DNA of 64,000 bases from NCBI GenBank assembly GCA_951406725.2, contig OX597838.1, positions 21,390,001-21,454,000 on the forward strand, in the 5' to 3' direction. Positions 40,383 through 53,544 of this stretch are shown piece after piece; within the stretch, counting starts at the first letter, position 1; every line of letters begins with the position of its first letter. The notes under the pieces were generated by a model. The model made no database searches. It was given only the letters and a program-made list of their open reading frames with translations, and had not been told where the DNA came from. The DNA is from Octopus vulgaris. Its lineage: Eukaryota. The position numbers were made by a program, and so were the translations under genes.

Positions 40383-42594
40383 TAATTCCATTATTTTCTT
40401 CTCTTTAACTGCACTGTGTGTCAAGAGGAGGACACTCCCGCAGATCGTGAAGAAGAAGTTATGGAGAATATTTTATACTGAGTTTTTTTTTTTATTTGGT
40501 CGAGATTCGTTAATTCCATGTCATGTATCACTTTTCCACAACTCTCTTTCATTTTGACCCAGATATTTCAAATGTTGTACTTCCTATCTTTCTGCACTTC
40601 CTATCTTAAGGATGTGAGGGCGCGTGGCTTAGTGGTTAGGGCATTCGGCTCATGATCGTAAGGTTGTGAGTTCGATTCCCGGCGACGCGTTGTGTCCTTG
40701 AGCAAGACACTTTATTTCACGTTGCTCCAGTCCACTCAGCTGGCAAAAATGAGTTGTACTTGTATTTCAAAGGGTCAGCCTTGTCACTCTCTGTGTCACG
40801 CTGATTATCCCCGAGAACTACGTTAAGGGTACACGTGTCTGTGGAATGATCAGCCATTTGCACGTTAATTTCACGAGCAGGCTGTTCCATTGATCGGATC
40901 AGCTGGGAACCTCGTCGTCGGAACCGGCGGAGTGAAGAATCTTAAGGATGGATATTAACGTGTATAAGTCTTTTCTCAACCGTAATTTAACACTGTGGAG
41001 GCGCTTGGCTTAGTGGTTAGGGGCGTTGGACTCAAGATCGTAAGATTGTGGTTTCAAATCCTGAAGCGGGCAATGCGTTGTGTTCTTGAGCAAAACACTT
41101 CACTTCGCGTTGCTCCAGTTCACTCAGCTGTAGATATGAACACCTATTTCTTTACTACCCACAAGGGGCTAAACACAGAGGGGACAAACAAGGACAGACA
41201 AACGGATTAAGTCGATTACATCGACCCCAGTGCGTGACTGGTACTTAATTTATCGATCCCGAAAGGATGAAAGACAAAGTCAACCTCGGCGGAATTTGAA
41301 CTCAGAACGTAACGGCAGACGAAATACGGCTACGTATTTCGCCCGGCGTGCTAACGTTTCTGCCAGCTCGCCGTAGATATGAGTACCACTAGTCGTTAGG
41401 GTGTTGTATTCACAGCTGCAAGATTGTGGTTTCGATCCTTGGACCAGTCCATCCGCTGTGTTCTTGAGTAAAACACTTTATTTCGTGTTACTCCAGTAAT
41501 GAGTTTAGCCCGTGGTTGGGGAGCAAGCTTCTTACCACACAGCCATGCTTGCGCCTATAAAACGTAATGCCAACATAAAGCAGCGACTGGCAGAATCGTG
41601 AGCAACGCCGGGTAAAATGCTTAGCGGTCTTTCGTCCGTCTTTACGCTTCGAGTTCAAATTCCGCCGAAGTCGACTTTGCCTTTCATCCTTCCGAGATCG
41701 ATAAAACAAGTCCAGACGAGTAATGGGATCGAGCTTGCTGGCCTTGTGCCAACTTTTGAAACCAATACAGGATGTCATCACATACATAAATCGTGTACAA
41801 GTCATGGCGGAAGCGTTAGCGCACCGGACGAAATGTTTAAAGGTATTTCGTCAGTCTTTTCGTTCTGAGTTCAAATTCCACCGAGGTCGACTTTACCTTT
41901 CGCTTTTACAGGCGCAGGAGTAGCTGTGTGGTAAGTAGCTTGCTTACCAACCACATAGTTCTGAGTTCATTCCCACTGCGTAGCATCTTAGGCAAGTGTC
42001 TTCTACTATAGTTTCGGGCCGATCAAAGCCTTATGAGTGGATTTGGTAGACGGAAACTGAAAGAAGCCCATCGTATATATGTATATATATGTGTGTGTGT
42101 GTTTGTCCCCCCAACATGGCTTGACAACCGATGCTGGTGTGTTTACGTCCCCGTAACTTAGCGGTTCGGCAAAAAGAGACCGATAGAATAAGTACTAGGC
42201 TTACAAAGAATAAGTCCTGGGGTCGATTTGCTCGACTAAAGGCGGTGCTCCAGCATGGCCACAATCAAACGACTGAAACAAGTAAAGGAGTAAACTGATT
42301 AAGACTATATATTTTGCTTTATTATCTTGTTTCTAGTATTTAAATAAAATGTAGCTTTTTTTTTAGCGACCCCCTTTTTTTCCTAGCTAAAATTGTGTGT
42401 TTTCCCCCAGATACTGAAGAATACTAATTTAAGTCAAGCTCTGTCTGCATTTGCAATCAGCTTGTAGAGTGATGCAACAAAATGTACCGTGATAACGTCA
42501 ATCGATAACCTAGAAAGATCACGTGTTTTTCATTTAACGCTTTAACTCAAAGGTCAGCATGTCCATGATGACTTGGGACGAATCAACCTTTATA

Positions 42595-43880
42595 TTCTTT
42601 CCTACTCTAGGCACAGGCCCGAATTTTTTGGAGAGAGAGCCAGTCGATTAGATCGACCTCAGTACGTAACTGTTACTTAATTTATTGACCTCGAAAGGAT
42701 GAAAGGCAAAGTCGACCTCGGCGGAATTTGAACTCAGAACGTAAAGACAGACGTTATACTATTGAGCATTTCGCCCGGCGTGCTAACGTTTCTGCTAGCT
42801 CGCCGCCCTTGTCAACCTTTATATAAATATTGCATTTGCATTAAGGCGGCGAGCTGGCAGAAACGTTAGCACACTGGGCGAAATGCATAGCAGTATTTCA
42901 TCTGCCGTTACGTTCTGAGTTCAAATTCCGCCGAGGTCGACTTTGCCTTTCATCCTTTCGGGATCGATTAAATAAGTACCGGTTACGCATTGGGGTCGAT
43001 ATAATCGACTAAATCCCTTTGTCTGTCTTTGCTTGTCTCCTCTGTGTTTAGCCCCTTGTGGGTAGTAAAGAAATGGGTATTTCGTCTGCCGCCGAGGACG
43101 ACTTAGCCTTTCATCCATTCGGGGTCGATAAATTAAGTACCAGTTGCATACTGGGGTCGATGTAATCGACTGCCCCCACCTTCCCCAAAATTTCTGGCCC
43201 TGTGCCTAGAGTAGAAAAGATTATATGGTGGCGAGCAAGTAGAATCGCTAGCAGACCGTACAAATTGCTTAGCGGCATTTCGTCTGCCGTTACGTTCTGA
43301 GTTCAAATTCCGCCGAGGTCGACTTTGTTTTTTATCCTTTTGGGGTCGATAAAATAAGTTTCAGTTGAGCACTGGGCTCGATGTAATCGACTTAGCCCCT
43401 TCCCCCAAAATTGTTGCTCTTCCCCGAACTTCCTGGCCCTGTACTAAAATTTGAAACCATTATTACATTTGGCGGCGAGTTGGCAGAATCGTTAGCACGA
43501 CGGATTGAACACCCACCGGCATTTCGTCCGTCTTAGTGTTCTGTGCTCAAATTCCACCGAAGTCGACTTTGCCTTTAAACCTTTCAGGGTCGATGAAATA
43601 AGTACCACTGTAATACTGGGGTCGTTGTAATCGACTGTTTCCCCTCTCCTGAAATTACAAATTTTGTTCCTATAGCCAAAAGGATTATTAAAAAGGCGGC
43701 AAGCAAGCAGAATCGTTAACACGCCGGACAAAATGCTTAGCAGTATTTCATCCGTCTTTAAGTTCTGAGTTCAAATGCCACTGAGGTTGACTTTTGCCTT
43801 TCGTTCCTTTCGGAATCGATAAAGTAAGTACCAGCCCTCCCCCACAAAAATTTCAGGCGTTGTACTTATAGTAGAAAGAA
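42595..43880. mobile_element. Dense cluster of family-B SINEs in mixed orientation
   Basis: One minus copy (about 42595-42808) followed by several plus copies starting near 42843, 43228, 43470 and 43694. Confidence 0.85.
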
Positions 43881-44386
43881 TTATTCCATTATAAAACTGC
43901 TCAATCTGAAATGACACAATAGGGAACACTTAAGTTTAACATGACCCATTTCATCGATTGAGTCCTTCATAAGTTACCTCCCTTCGTAGACCTTAGCGTG
44001 GGTAACCACGTAAGTCAGGAATTGTCAGGGAGAGGCTTTAGGTTTTCGGGGTCAGTGATGTCACCCTGTCTCTCTGAGTGATTCCCGTATTGTTGGAATA
44101 CTGAATGAGAATATCAATCGTGTTAGGGAAACTTCGCAGTACCCTGGTTCGGAAAGCACTGCATTAGGGTCTCTCTTTCTTCTAATCGATTGCTCATTCT
44201 GCTAAAAAAACAGCTGCCAAATTCCCTTAAATCACAACCTGCTATGTTAAAAAGGGAAGGGCATTTTTGAGAACGTAGTTCGTTGATATACAAAGATACT
44301 GGACAGTCACAGCTGGAATGCCTTTAATTATGTGTCTGCTTGATTAGGGCTATGTATGTATGTTCTTTCCATCTAGCCATCCACCC

Positions 44387-44418
<32 letters not shown>

Positions 44419-44679
44419 GTGTGTGTATGTGTGTGTGTACTCAACTGGTACTTATTCTATCGATCCCGGAAGGAAGGAAGGATAAACGAAGTCGATCATG
44501 GTTGAATTTGAACTTTAAAACGCAAGGGACCATTACTGAACACCACATAAGCATTTTTCTCCACCCGCCCTTTTACAATTCGACACTTGTTATCGCATCT
44601 CCATTTCTCTCTTTTGTTCAGCTTCCAGTTAAAAAAAAAAAAGAAAGAAAAAAAACAGCTCAAAACGAACAACAAAACA

Positions 44680-45685
44680 AACTAATTTCTCTTCCTCTAT
44701 ATCAGTGCTTATTTCTTCTTTCTTTCACTCCAACCTTTCTCCGTCTGTCGATATTTTATTTTTCTGGTCACACTTCACTTCCGTTGCTGGGTTTTTTTTC
44801 TAATTTCTCCTTTTTCACCTCTACCTTATTTTTTTATCTCTTTATCTTTCCAAGTCCACTTTATCATCATCTCGCCACTTTTATTTCGCATTTCTTCCCC
44901 TATTTTATTCTTCCTCATTATCTCTTTCAACTATTTTCTCTTTTCACTCAATCTTACTCACTCTCTCTCTTACTTACCCCCTCTCTTATATCTTTCTGTC
45001 TTTCTCCTCCACGTCTCTTCATACCTTTCCCTTTACATTCACCCCCCTCTCACATTTTCTACATCTATCCTCTCACTTTACTCTTCTCTCTCCTCCACGA
45101 ATTTCTCTTCCTGACATTTCCGTCCACACTCCCTATCTCTCTTTATATACCATTAGTATTTTTTCTCTCACCATCCTCTAATCCCCCTCTCTCTCACTCT
45201 CATTAATTTCTCCTTCCTGTCCTTCCCTCCTTCCTCTATATCTGCTCACCGTACACCCTCTCTCTATCTTTTCTATTATCGTTCTCTCTCTTTCTCCACC
45301 CTTTCTTTATCTTTTACTCTTTCCTTCTCATACTTTTCTTTCATCTTTCGCCGTATCTCTCCCGCCATCCCCCAATTCTCCCTCTCCCTCTCACTCTCCC
45401 TAACTTTTCCCTTATCCTTCCTCCTTCCTCCTTTCTCTCTCTATCTCTTACTTCATCGTCCTTTATCATATCACATCCCTTTCTTTATCTCTCTTTCCTT
45501 CTGACTTTCCTTTTAATTTTTCCTCCAATGACATCACTCCCACCATCCCCCAATCCCCCTCTTTCTCATTCTCCCTAACTTTTTCCCCTCTGTCCTTCCC
45601 CCACCTCTCTCTCTATCTCATCTCTGTACTCCCTCTCTCTCTATTCCTTACTCGATCGTTTTCCCCCTCCTTTCACCTTTCTGTC
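44680..45685. repeat. Aperiodic polypyrimidine/polypurine tract of about 1 kb
   Basis: Plus strand almost entirely C/T with few G. Confidence 0.9.
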
Positions 45686-45771
45686 AACTAACGGCTCCAG
45701 GTTTCTATCATGGCGCGGAGTTCAGAATACTTTTTCTGTTCCTCAAAGTCGCAAAGAAAATTAATATAACG
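45680..45771 (+). promoter_or_regulatory. Candidate TSS/first exon (possibly of the TMCO4-like gene)
   Basis: Short unique CpG-containing segment with a YY1-like CATGGCG at the end of a 1-kb pyrimidine tract, followed by a weak donor ACG|GTATAT. Confidence 0.25.
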
Positions 45772-46326
45772 GTATATATATCTATATATTATTCCATTCT
45801 ATACACACTAACTGTTTTTAAGGGCTTTTCCTTTTTTCGCATACGTGTCAACGAGTAATCAACACACGTCTCTCTATTTTTCTCCCTCTGTATATATTGT
45901 GTATTAACATACATATGACACCCGCATGTCTGTCTTTATACAAATATATACGTTTTGCATGTATGTAAATATTATAAACATATGTTTACATTATACTATC
46001 GTCTTATTGTTTGACCATAATGCTCTTCGTGTCGCCGGAGGTGACACCTCTGCCTTTGTCTTAGAATTTTCTGTAAAATATTATTTCATATTAAAAAAAA
46101 AAAAACCTAACATATTTTCATATTTCTGAGTCTTTTCACACACAGACACACGAAATGTTCTGTAGTCAAGAAGTTCACTTCATGCATAGATAGTTCCGTG
46201 TTCGATCGGGGTCTACTGCACACGGCACCACCACGGGCAACAGCTGTAATTCTGTTAGTCTCGGGTTGACCACCAACGCCCTATGAGGATGGAACTTGGT
46301 AGAAAGGGACACTTAACCGATGCCCA

Positions 46327-46364
<38 letters not shown>

Positions 46365-46579
46365 CATACATATACATATACACTCTCTTTTACTTGTTTC
46401 GATCATTTGACTGCGGCCATGCTGGAGCACCACCTTTAGTCGAGCAAATCGACCCCAGGATTTGTTCTTTGTAAGCCTAGTACTTATTCTATCGGACTCT
46501 TTTTGCCGAACCGCTAAGTTACGGGGACGTAAACACAGCACCATCGGTCGTCAAGCGATATTGGGGGAACAAACACACA

Positions 46580-46622
<43 letters not shown>

Positions 46623-47256
46623 TACGATGGGTATCTTTCAGTTTCCGTCTACCAAATCCACTCACAAGGCTTTGGTTGACCCGAGGCTGTAGTAGAAGAC
46701 ACTTGCCCAAGGTACCACGCAGTGGGACTGAACCCGGAACCATGTGGTTGGTAAGCAAGCTACTTTCCACATAGCCACTCCATATATATTCTTTTACATG
46801 TTTGTCATTTGACTGCAGCCATGCTGCGGCACCGACTCGAAGGGTTTTGTTAGTCGAACAAATCGACCTCAAGACTTATTTCATAAGCCTTGTACTTATC
46901 ATATCGGTCTGTTTTACCGAACCGCCTACTTACGGGACGTAAACACAGCAACACCGGTTGTCAAGCGGTGATAGGGAGCGGGGTGGGGAACGGCGAAAAT
47001 AAAGAATACAGACACCCAGGATTAAAACCAGGTTAGGGTTAAAACGGGTGGTGTGCGTATTCTTTACCTCTGCTCGGGAGACCGGGCTTCAGTTTCCGTT
47101 TACCAAATCCACTCACAAGGCTTTGGTTGGCCCTCAAGGTGCCACGCAGTGGGAATGAACCCGGAAACATGTGGTTGGTAAGCAAGCTACTTACCACACA
47201 CACACACACACACATATATTTTGGCTAAACTGGCAATATGACCATTCCGAAATATT

Positions 47257-47311
<55 letters not shown>

Positions 47312-47659
47312 ATAGAAATGGTAAGATAACAAAAGAAAGAAAGAGACCTCAATATTATGTAAATAGAGGAAATTTATCCATACAATAATATGTTACATTA
47401 CTCGGTAGTCAACATAAAACTACCGAGTAATGTAACATATTATTGTATATATATATATATATGTATATGTAATATCTGCTTGTGTTTACATTTCCTTATT
47501 CCGTGTACTTTTATGTTGTAAAACCTCGCAGTTCGACAAATAGTTTCCGATAAAATAGGTCTTGCCATAGGTGGGAAGACTTCCGCCACTCCCAGCCCAT
47601 TTTCTCCCAAATTTGTTTATTTTTGTAATTTTTTTTTTGCCAAAAATCCCCGTTTTCGG

Positions 47660-48605
47660 ATACTAGTTATGTTTAATAGAAAATAACCAAAGTTTTAACA
47701 TCATCTCCTTCGAAATAGTCATCTTGCACAGCTGTACACCAGACCCGGTGTTCCTGCCACTTTTGGAATCTGGTCTGGAAGTTGTTTTCTGTAAGCGAGT
47801 CGAGGACCTTCTGCAAAATTCGCTCTGGATCTTGACAACAGTGTTAAAAGAGCTACCTTTGAGCTGCCTTTTCATCTCGGAGACGAGATGGAAGTCCACA
47901 GGTGGTTAACCTGGCGAATAGGGCAGGTGCAGAAGCGATGCTATGTTGGTTTTTCTTGAGAAACTCATGAGGGATGAGAGGCCGGTTAAGAATTGAATTC
48001 TTCGTGCTCCACAGATCCTGTTGCTTTCGCCAAATGGCCTCCTTCAAACACTTTAAAACATCACAGTGGGACTCTTGATTGATTGCCTAGGCCTAGGGGA
48101 CGAATTCTTGATGCATAATACCTATTTCTTTACTATCCACAGGGGGCTAAACACAGAGAGGACAAACAAGGACAGACAGACGGATTAAGTCGATTATATC
48201 GACCCCAGTTCGTAACTGGTACTTATTTAATCGACCCCGAAAGGATGAAAGGCAAAATTGACCTTGGCGGAATTTGAACTCAGAACGTAACGGCAGACGA
48301 AATACGGCTACGCATTTTGCCCGGCGTGCTAACGATTCTGCCCGCTCACCGCCTTGATGCATGATACCACATTTCGGGAGGTGATGCTCATGGCAGGCTT
48401 TCCAGATCACTCCTCATCTTCCGAGTTGGGTTTGAAGTGCCTGTACCACTTGAGACATTGTGTACAACCCGTTGCCCTGTCACCATAAGCTTGCTGAAAC
48501 ATGCTCAATGTCTCTGTAGCAGACTTCCTAAGTTTAATGCAAAATTTCACATTGGCTCCTTATTCCTGTCCATGACAAAATCACAGACTACAGCACACGG
48601 ATGAT
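47660..48605 (-). pseudogene. Mariner transposase relic interrupted by a SINE
   Basis: EAIWRKQQDLW...DFHLVSEMKRQLKGSSFNTVVKIQSE and a GDYFEGD-like C-terminus with frameshifts. The SINE at 48120-48355 is flanked by duplicated CTTGATGCAT. Confidence 0.85.
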
Positions 48606-50593
48606 CTCATCATCATCATCATTGTTTAACATCCATTTTCCATGCTGGCATGGGTTGGATGGTTTGACTGAGGTCGAGAAAGCCAGCGGCTGCACCAATC
48701 TGATCTGACGATGTTTCTACAGCTGGATGCCCTTCCTAATGCCAACCACTCCAAGAGTGTACTGGGTGCTTTTTACGTGCCACCGGCACAGGGGCCAGTC
48801 AGGCGGGCCTGGTATTGATCACGTTCGGATGGTGCTTTTTATGTGCCACTGGCACAAGAGCCAGTCAGCAGGTACTGGCATCAGCCATGATCGGTTGGTG
48901 CTTTTTGCATGTCACCGGCATGGGAGCCAGTCAGGTGGGCCTGGCATTGATCACATTCCGATGGTGCTTTTTACATGCCACTGGCATGGGAGCCTGTCAG
49001 GGGGTACTGACCCCAACTACGATATTGGTTTTACTTGACTCAACAGGTCTTCTCAAGCATATCATATCGCCCAACACATCAGGGGTATTCTTAACAAGGC
49101 CCACAACTTGTGGAATAAACGTGGCAATGTCACTCAGCATACTGCCCCATGAAGGTCACTGCACATGCAGCCATGTACTGCCATCTGTTGGCACGCTACA
49201 GAACTAGTCTGGGAATGTCTTGATACCACCTCGTAGATAGGATCCATATTTTCATGCAAGGGTAGGTGAGAGTAACTGGGAGGGAGATGAAGATGTTGGT
49301 GATGGGGCACCAGGGTGTACTCACAAGATACAAGAAGGCAGGTTTAAGGGAGAATATTTTTTAAAATTATTATCTTTTGTCTTTCACTTGTTTCAATCAT
49401 TAGACCTTGGCCAGGCTGGGGCACCACCTTAAAGGATTTTTAATCAAACAAATTGACCACAGTACTTATAGTTTTGTTTTTCTTTAAGGCCTGGTACTTA
49501 TTCTATCTGTTTTGCAAAACTGCTGAGTCACAAGGATGTGCAACATCTATGCGAAGTGAGGTGACGAGAATGGCTCCTTAGCACATCACATGGTTGATAC
49601 AATAAATATAAAAAGAATAATGCATATAGGCACAGGAGTGGGTGTGTGATAAGTAGCTTGCTTACCAACAACATGGTTTTGGGTTCAGTTCCACTGCGTG
49701 GCACCTTGGGAAAGTGTCTTCTACTATAGCCTCAGGTCGACCAAAGCCTTGTGAGTGGATTTGGTAGACGGAAACTGAAAGAAGCCCGATGCCAGCACCG
49801 CCTCGTCTGGCTTCCGTGCCGGTGGCACATAAAATACACCAATCCGACTGTGGCCGTTGCCAGCCTCGCCTGGCACCTGTGCAGGTGGCACGTAAAAAGC
49901 ACCCACTACACTCACGGAGTGGTTGGCGTTAGGAAGGGCATCCAGCTGTAGAAACACTGCCAGATAAGACTGGAGCCTGGTGCAGCCTTCTGGCTTCCCA
50001 GATCCCTGGTCGAACCGTCCAACCCATGCAAGCATGGAGAACGGACGTTAAACGATGATGATGATGATGATATATATATATACACATACATATATATACA
50101 TATATATATATGTGTGTGTGTTTGTGTGTCTGTGTTTGTTCCCCCAACATCGCTTGACAACCGATGCTGGTGTGTTTACATCCCCATAACTTAGTGGTTC
50201 AGCAAAAGAGACCAATAGAATAAGTACTAGGCTTACAAAGAATAAGTCCTGGGATCGATTTGCTCGACTGAAGGTGGTACTCCAGCATGACCACAGTCAA
50301 ATGACTGATACAAGTAAAAGAGTAAAAGAGAGACACAACTGGGTGGAATGTTTAAGAGAAGATTTACTGACAGGTTAACATGTGTGACTGTGTGCGCGAC
50401 ATGTATACAGAATAATAGACAGGCTGTCTTGAGAACAAAGTATATGTGTGTGTGTATAGGCTTGGATGTATGCGTGTGCGTTAAGTACAGAGCATTGAAA
50501 GAGTCTCTAATGAGAAGTTAGAAGAATGTTCATAGACACAAGAATGAGAATACCAGTTTGTAGTCAATTGTACATGGTAGTTGAAGTACTGTA

Positions 50594-50722
50594 TCAAGAA
50601 GTTGCAGCGATGATGCAGAGCCAGTTGCGGTACGTGTCGTATGTGAAGTTGTGGCTGTAATGCCGCTGCTGGGTCACTTGGTCCAGGAGTTCTCGCAGGT
50701 TGTATATTCGCTGTTGATCCAT
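50594..50722 (-). CDS. Candidate 42-aa small ORF (MDQQRIYNLRELLDQVTQQRHYSHNFTYDTYRNWLCIIAATS)
   Basis: First ATG downstream of a TATA box, Kozak CACCATGG, unique C/G-richer sequence. No family recognised. Confidence 0.45.
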   Translation of the reverse strand: MDQQRIYNLRELLDQVTQQRHYSHNFTYDTYRNWLCIIAATS

Positions 50723-50934
50723 GGTGAAGTAATTCACAAACAGTGCTGTGTTGAAACCTGGGTGAGTATGTAGAGAGATGTTGATGTTAGGATGAATGGT
50801 GGCGACGGAGATGGGGGTCGCAGAATGCTGCTGGATAAAGTTGATGAGTCTCCACGTGGATGCTGTTGTGTTGTCGCTGGAACTGGCGGTGTCTTGTGTG
50901 GTCAGTGGCCAGACCTTAAAAGGTCTGAAACCAA

Positions 50935-51100
50935 AGACCTTGAGACGATGAGAAGCTGGAATTTTTATAAGAAGTTGTAGGCTCAAAGCTGGGTAGAAAA
51001 CAAGCTGTCATACGTGACCTTATTTGAAGGCTACGATTGGTTGGGTTGCATATTGGTGCGCAAAAGAGCAAGAGACAAATTGTGCCAATACCAACCAATC
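50935..51100 (-). promoter_or_regulatory. Pol II-type core promoter: TATAAAAA, four CCAAT boxes, Inr-like TCA
   Basis: TATAAAAA at 50969-50962 (minus). CCAAT/ATTGG at 51036, 51052, 51085 and 51095. TACGTG at 51011. YR dinucleotide about 28 nt downstream of the TATA (about 50941). Confidence 0.5.
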
Positions 51101-52932
51101 AGAGTAGTGGACACAACAGGGTCCAAAATGCGGTCAAAGGCTAGCTGTTATCTACTACGTTCATATGTATATATAATAGAGAGGAGAGGAATTTCATTCA
51201 AGTGTATGCTACAGATGTAAGCAAGCCAACACCAGTTGTCAAATGGTGGTCTACAAAGTCACACACACACACGATGGACTTCTTTCAGTTTCTTATTTCT
51301 TTACTGCCCACAAGGGGCTACCCACTGATGGGACAAACAAGGACAGACAAGTGGATTAAGTCGATTATATCAACCCCAGTGTGTAACTGGTACTTAATTT
51401 ATCGACCCTGATAGGATGAAAGTCAAAGTTGACCTCGGTGGAATTTGAACTTGGAATGCAGCGGCAGACGAAATATCTATTTCTTTATTACCCACAAGGA
51501 GCTAAACATAGAGGGGACAAACAAGGACAGACATAGGTATTAAGTCGATTACATTGACCCCAGTGCGTAACTGGTACTTAGTTAATCGACCCCAAAAGGA
51601 TGAAAGGCAAAGTCAACCTCGGCAGAATTTGAACTCAGCACATAGCGGCAGACGAAATACCGCTAAGCATTTCGCCCGGCATGCTAACATTTCTGCCAGC
51701 TTGCCGCCTTCTCTCGGTTTCTGCCTACCAAATCCATTCACAAGGCTTTAGTTGGCCTGTGGTTATTGCAAAAGACAGTCTCCCAAGGTGCCATGCAGTG
51801 GGACTGACCCTGAAACTCTGTGGTTTGGAAACTAACTTCTTACCACACAGCCGTCCTGCACCGTTGTCAATTTTACTCACTTTTTCAAGGCTACGTCCTG
51901 TCCTTTGATTCCATGAACCCACCTGACAATTTTGAAATTTAATTTATCCTCTCACTATATTCTGTTCAATCTATGAATATACACTCATAGTATAATAAAA
52001 CCATGGACAATGAGGACACACGAAACTACTATTATCCTTATTCAAATAGGAAAAAGGTCACCTGTTAACATTGTTATTTCATTTTACAATGAAAACCCAG
52101 ACACAAAGACGCACACACATACATGCATATTTCATCATCATCATCAATTAACATCCACTTTCCATGCTGGCATAGGTTGGATGGTTTGACAGGAGCTGGC
52201 TGCCAAAAGGCTGCACCAGTCTTCACTGTCTGTTTTGGCATGTATCTTTTTTATAGATTGAGGCCCTTCCTAACACCATCCACCCCGCAGAGTGGACTGA
52301 GTGCGCTTTGCGTGGCACTAGCACAGGTGAGGTCGGTTTTGGTATGATTTTTACAGCTGGATGCCCTTCCAAGCGCCAACCACTTTACAGTGTGGACTGG
52401 ATGCTTGTTATGTGGCACCAGCACTGGCGGGAGTCACCCGAGTAATTTGCAAGATGAAGATTCTTTGAAAGGGGAAGGGGCCTTGGGAGAGGTGATCTTG
52501 TGCTAGATGATGCAAGGTTAGAGGTGTGACAGAGAGAGAGAGAGTGAAACACGAGATGCTGTAGAGGAGATACATAGTTATCTGGCCAGAGAGAGAGAGA
52601 TAGAGAGTGGAAGAGTGAACAGGAGAGAGATGGTGGCTATGTGCCAGGGCATACTCACAAGAAATGCAGATCAGAATAACAATGATGGGCTTCTTTTAGT
52701 TTCCGTCTACCAAATCCACTCACAAGGCTTTGGTTGGCTTAGGGCTATAGTAGAAGACAGTTGCCTTAATTGCCATGCAATGGGACTGAACCTGTAATCA
52801 TGTGGTTGAGAAGCTAACTTCTTACCACACAACCATGCTCAAATCCAGGATCAGTCAATTGACCCATGTGAAGTAAATTTACCTGCTAGAGGTTAAATTT
52901 ACCTCCAATTTGAGAACCTCTGTTCCACATTA

Positions 52933-53318
52933 TCTCTCTCTATATATAAACGGCAGTTTGTCTGTGCGTGTTTCTGTGTGTCTGTTTGCTTGTACCCTCA
53001 CCCTGACCACGGCTTTCAACCGATTCTGATGAAACTTGACACACACATAGCCCAATGTCATAATTCAAAACTAACGCAGCGAAAATTTTGAAAAGTTTCC
53101 TCAGTTCTGAAAAAAATCGATAAATTCGACATGGGGTCGAGAATCAGAAACACAAACCGCAAACTGTCTAGGGGACGCAACTCCACCTTTTTTAACTCTC
53201 AAAAAAAATTTACCATAGTTTTTTTCCATTTTTTTGCTATTTTTTGGCTATAACTCTCTAAAAATGCTTTATAGTTATTTCCCTTACAAACCTGAGCAAC
53301 GCCGGGCGATACTGCTAG
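52933..53318 (+). mobile_element. Non-autonomous Helitron, second copy
   Basis: Near-identical to 31474-31847, TC...CTAG between A and T. Confidence 0.88.
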
Positions 53319-53544
53319 TTTTATATATTTCTAGTTACTCCATTATCCCACTTACTATTTTCTAAAGAGCAATTAATTATATTGCTGTCCATTAACGATT
53401 TAGCATTCAGGTTACTTTGTCAGATAAAAAGCTTATTCATAGATGTTGTTTTGAATTAATCACATGCTGTCTTGTAGCTTCAACATTCTAATTATGCGAT
53501 TGTTTATATTTAGAATGTCACTGTTGGGTAGGTGTGACCTATGC

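Noticed and set aside
44340-45206. 288-aa hydrophobic ORF
   Set aside because: Polypyrimidine low-complexity sequence and SINE remnant.
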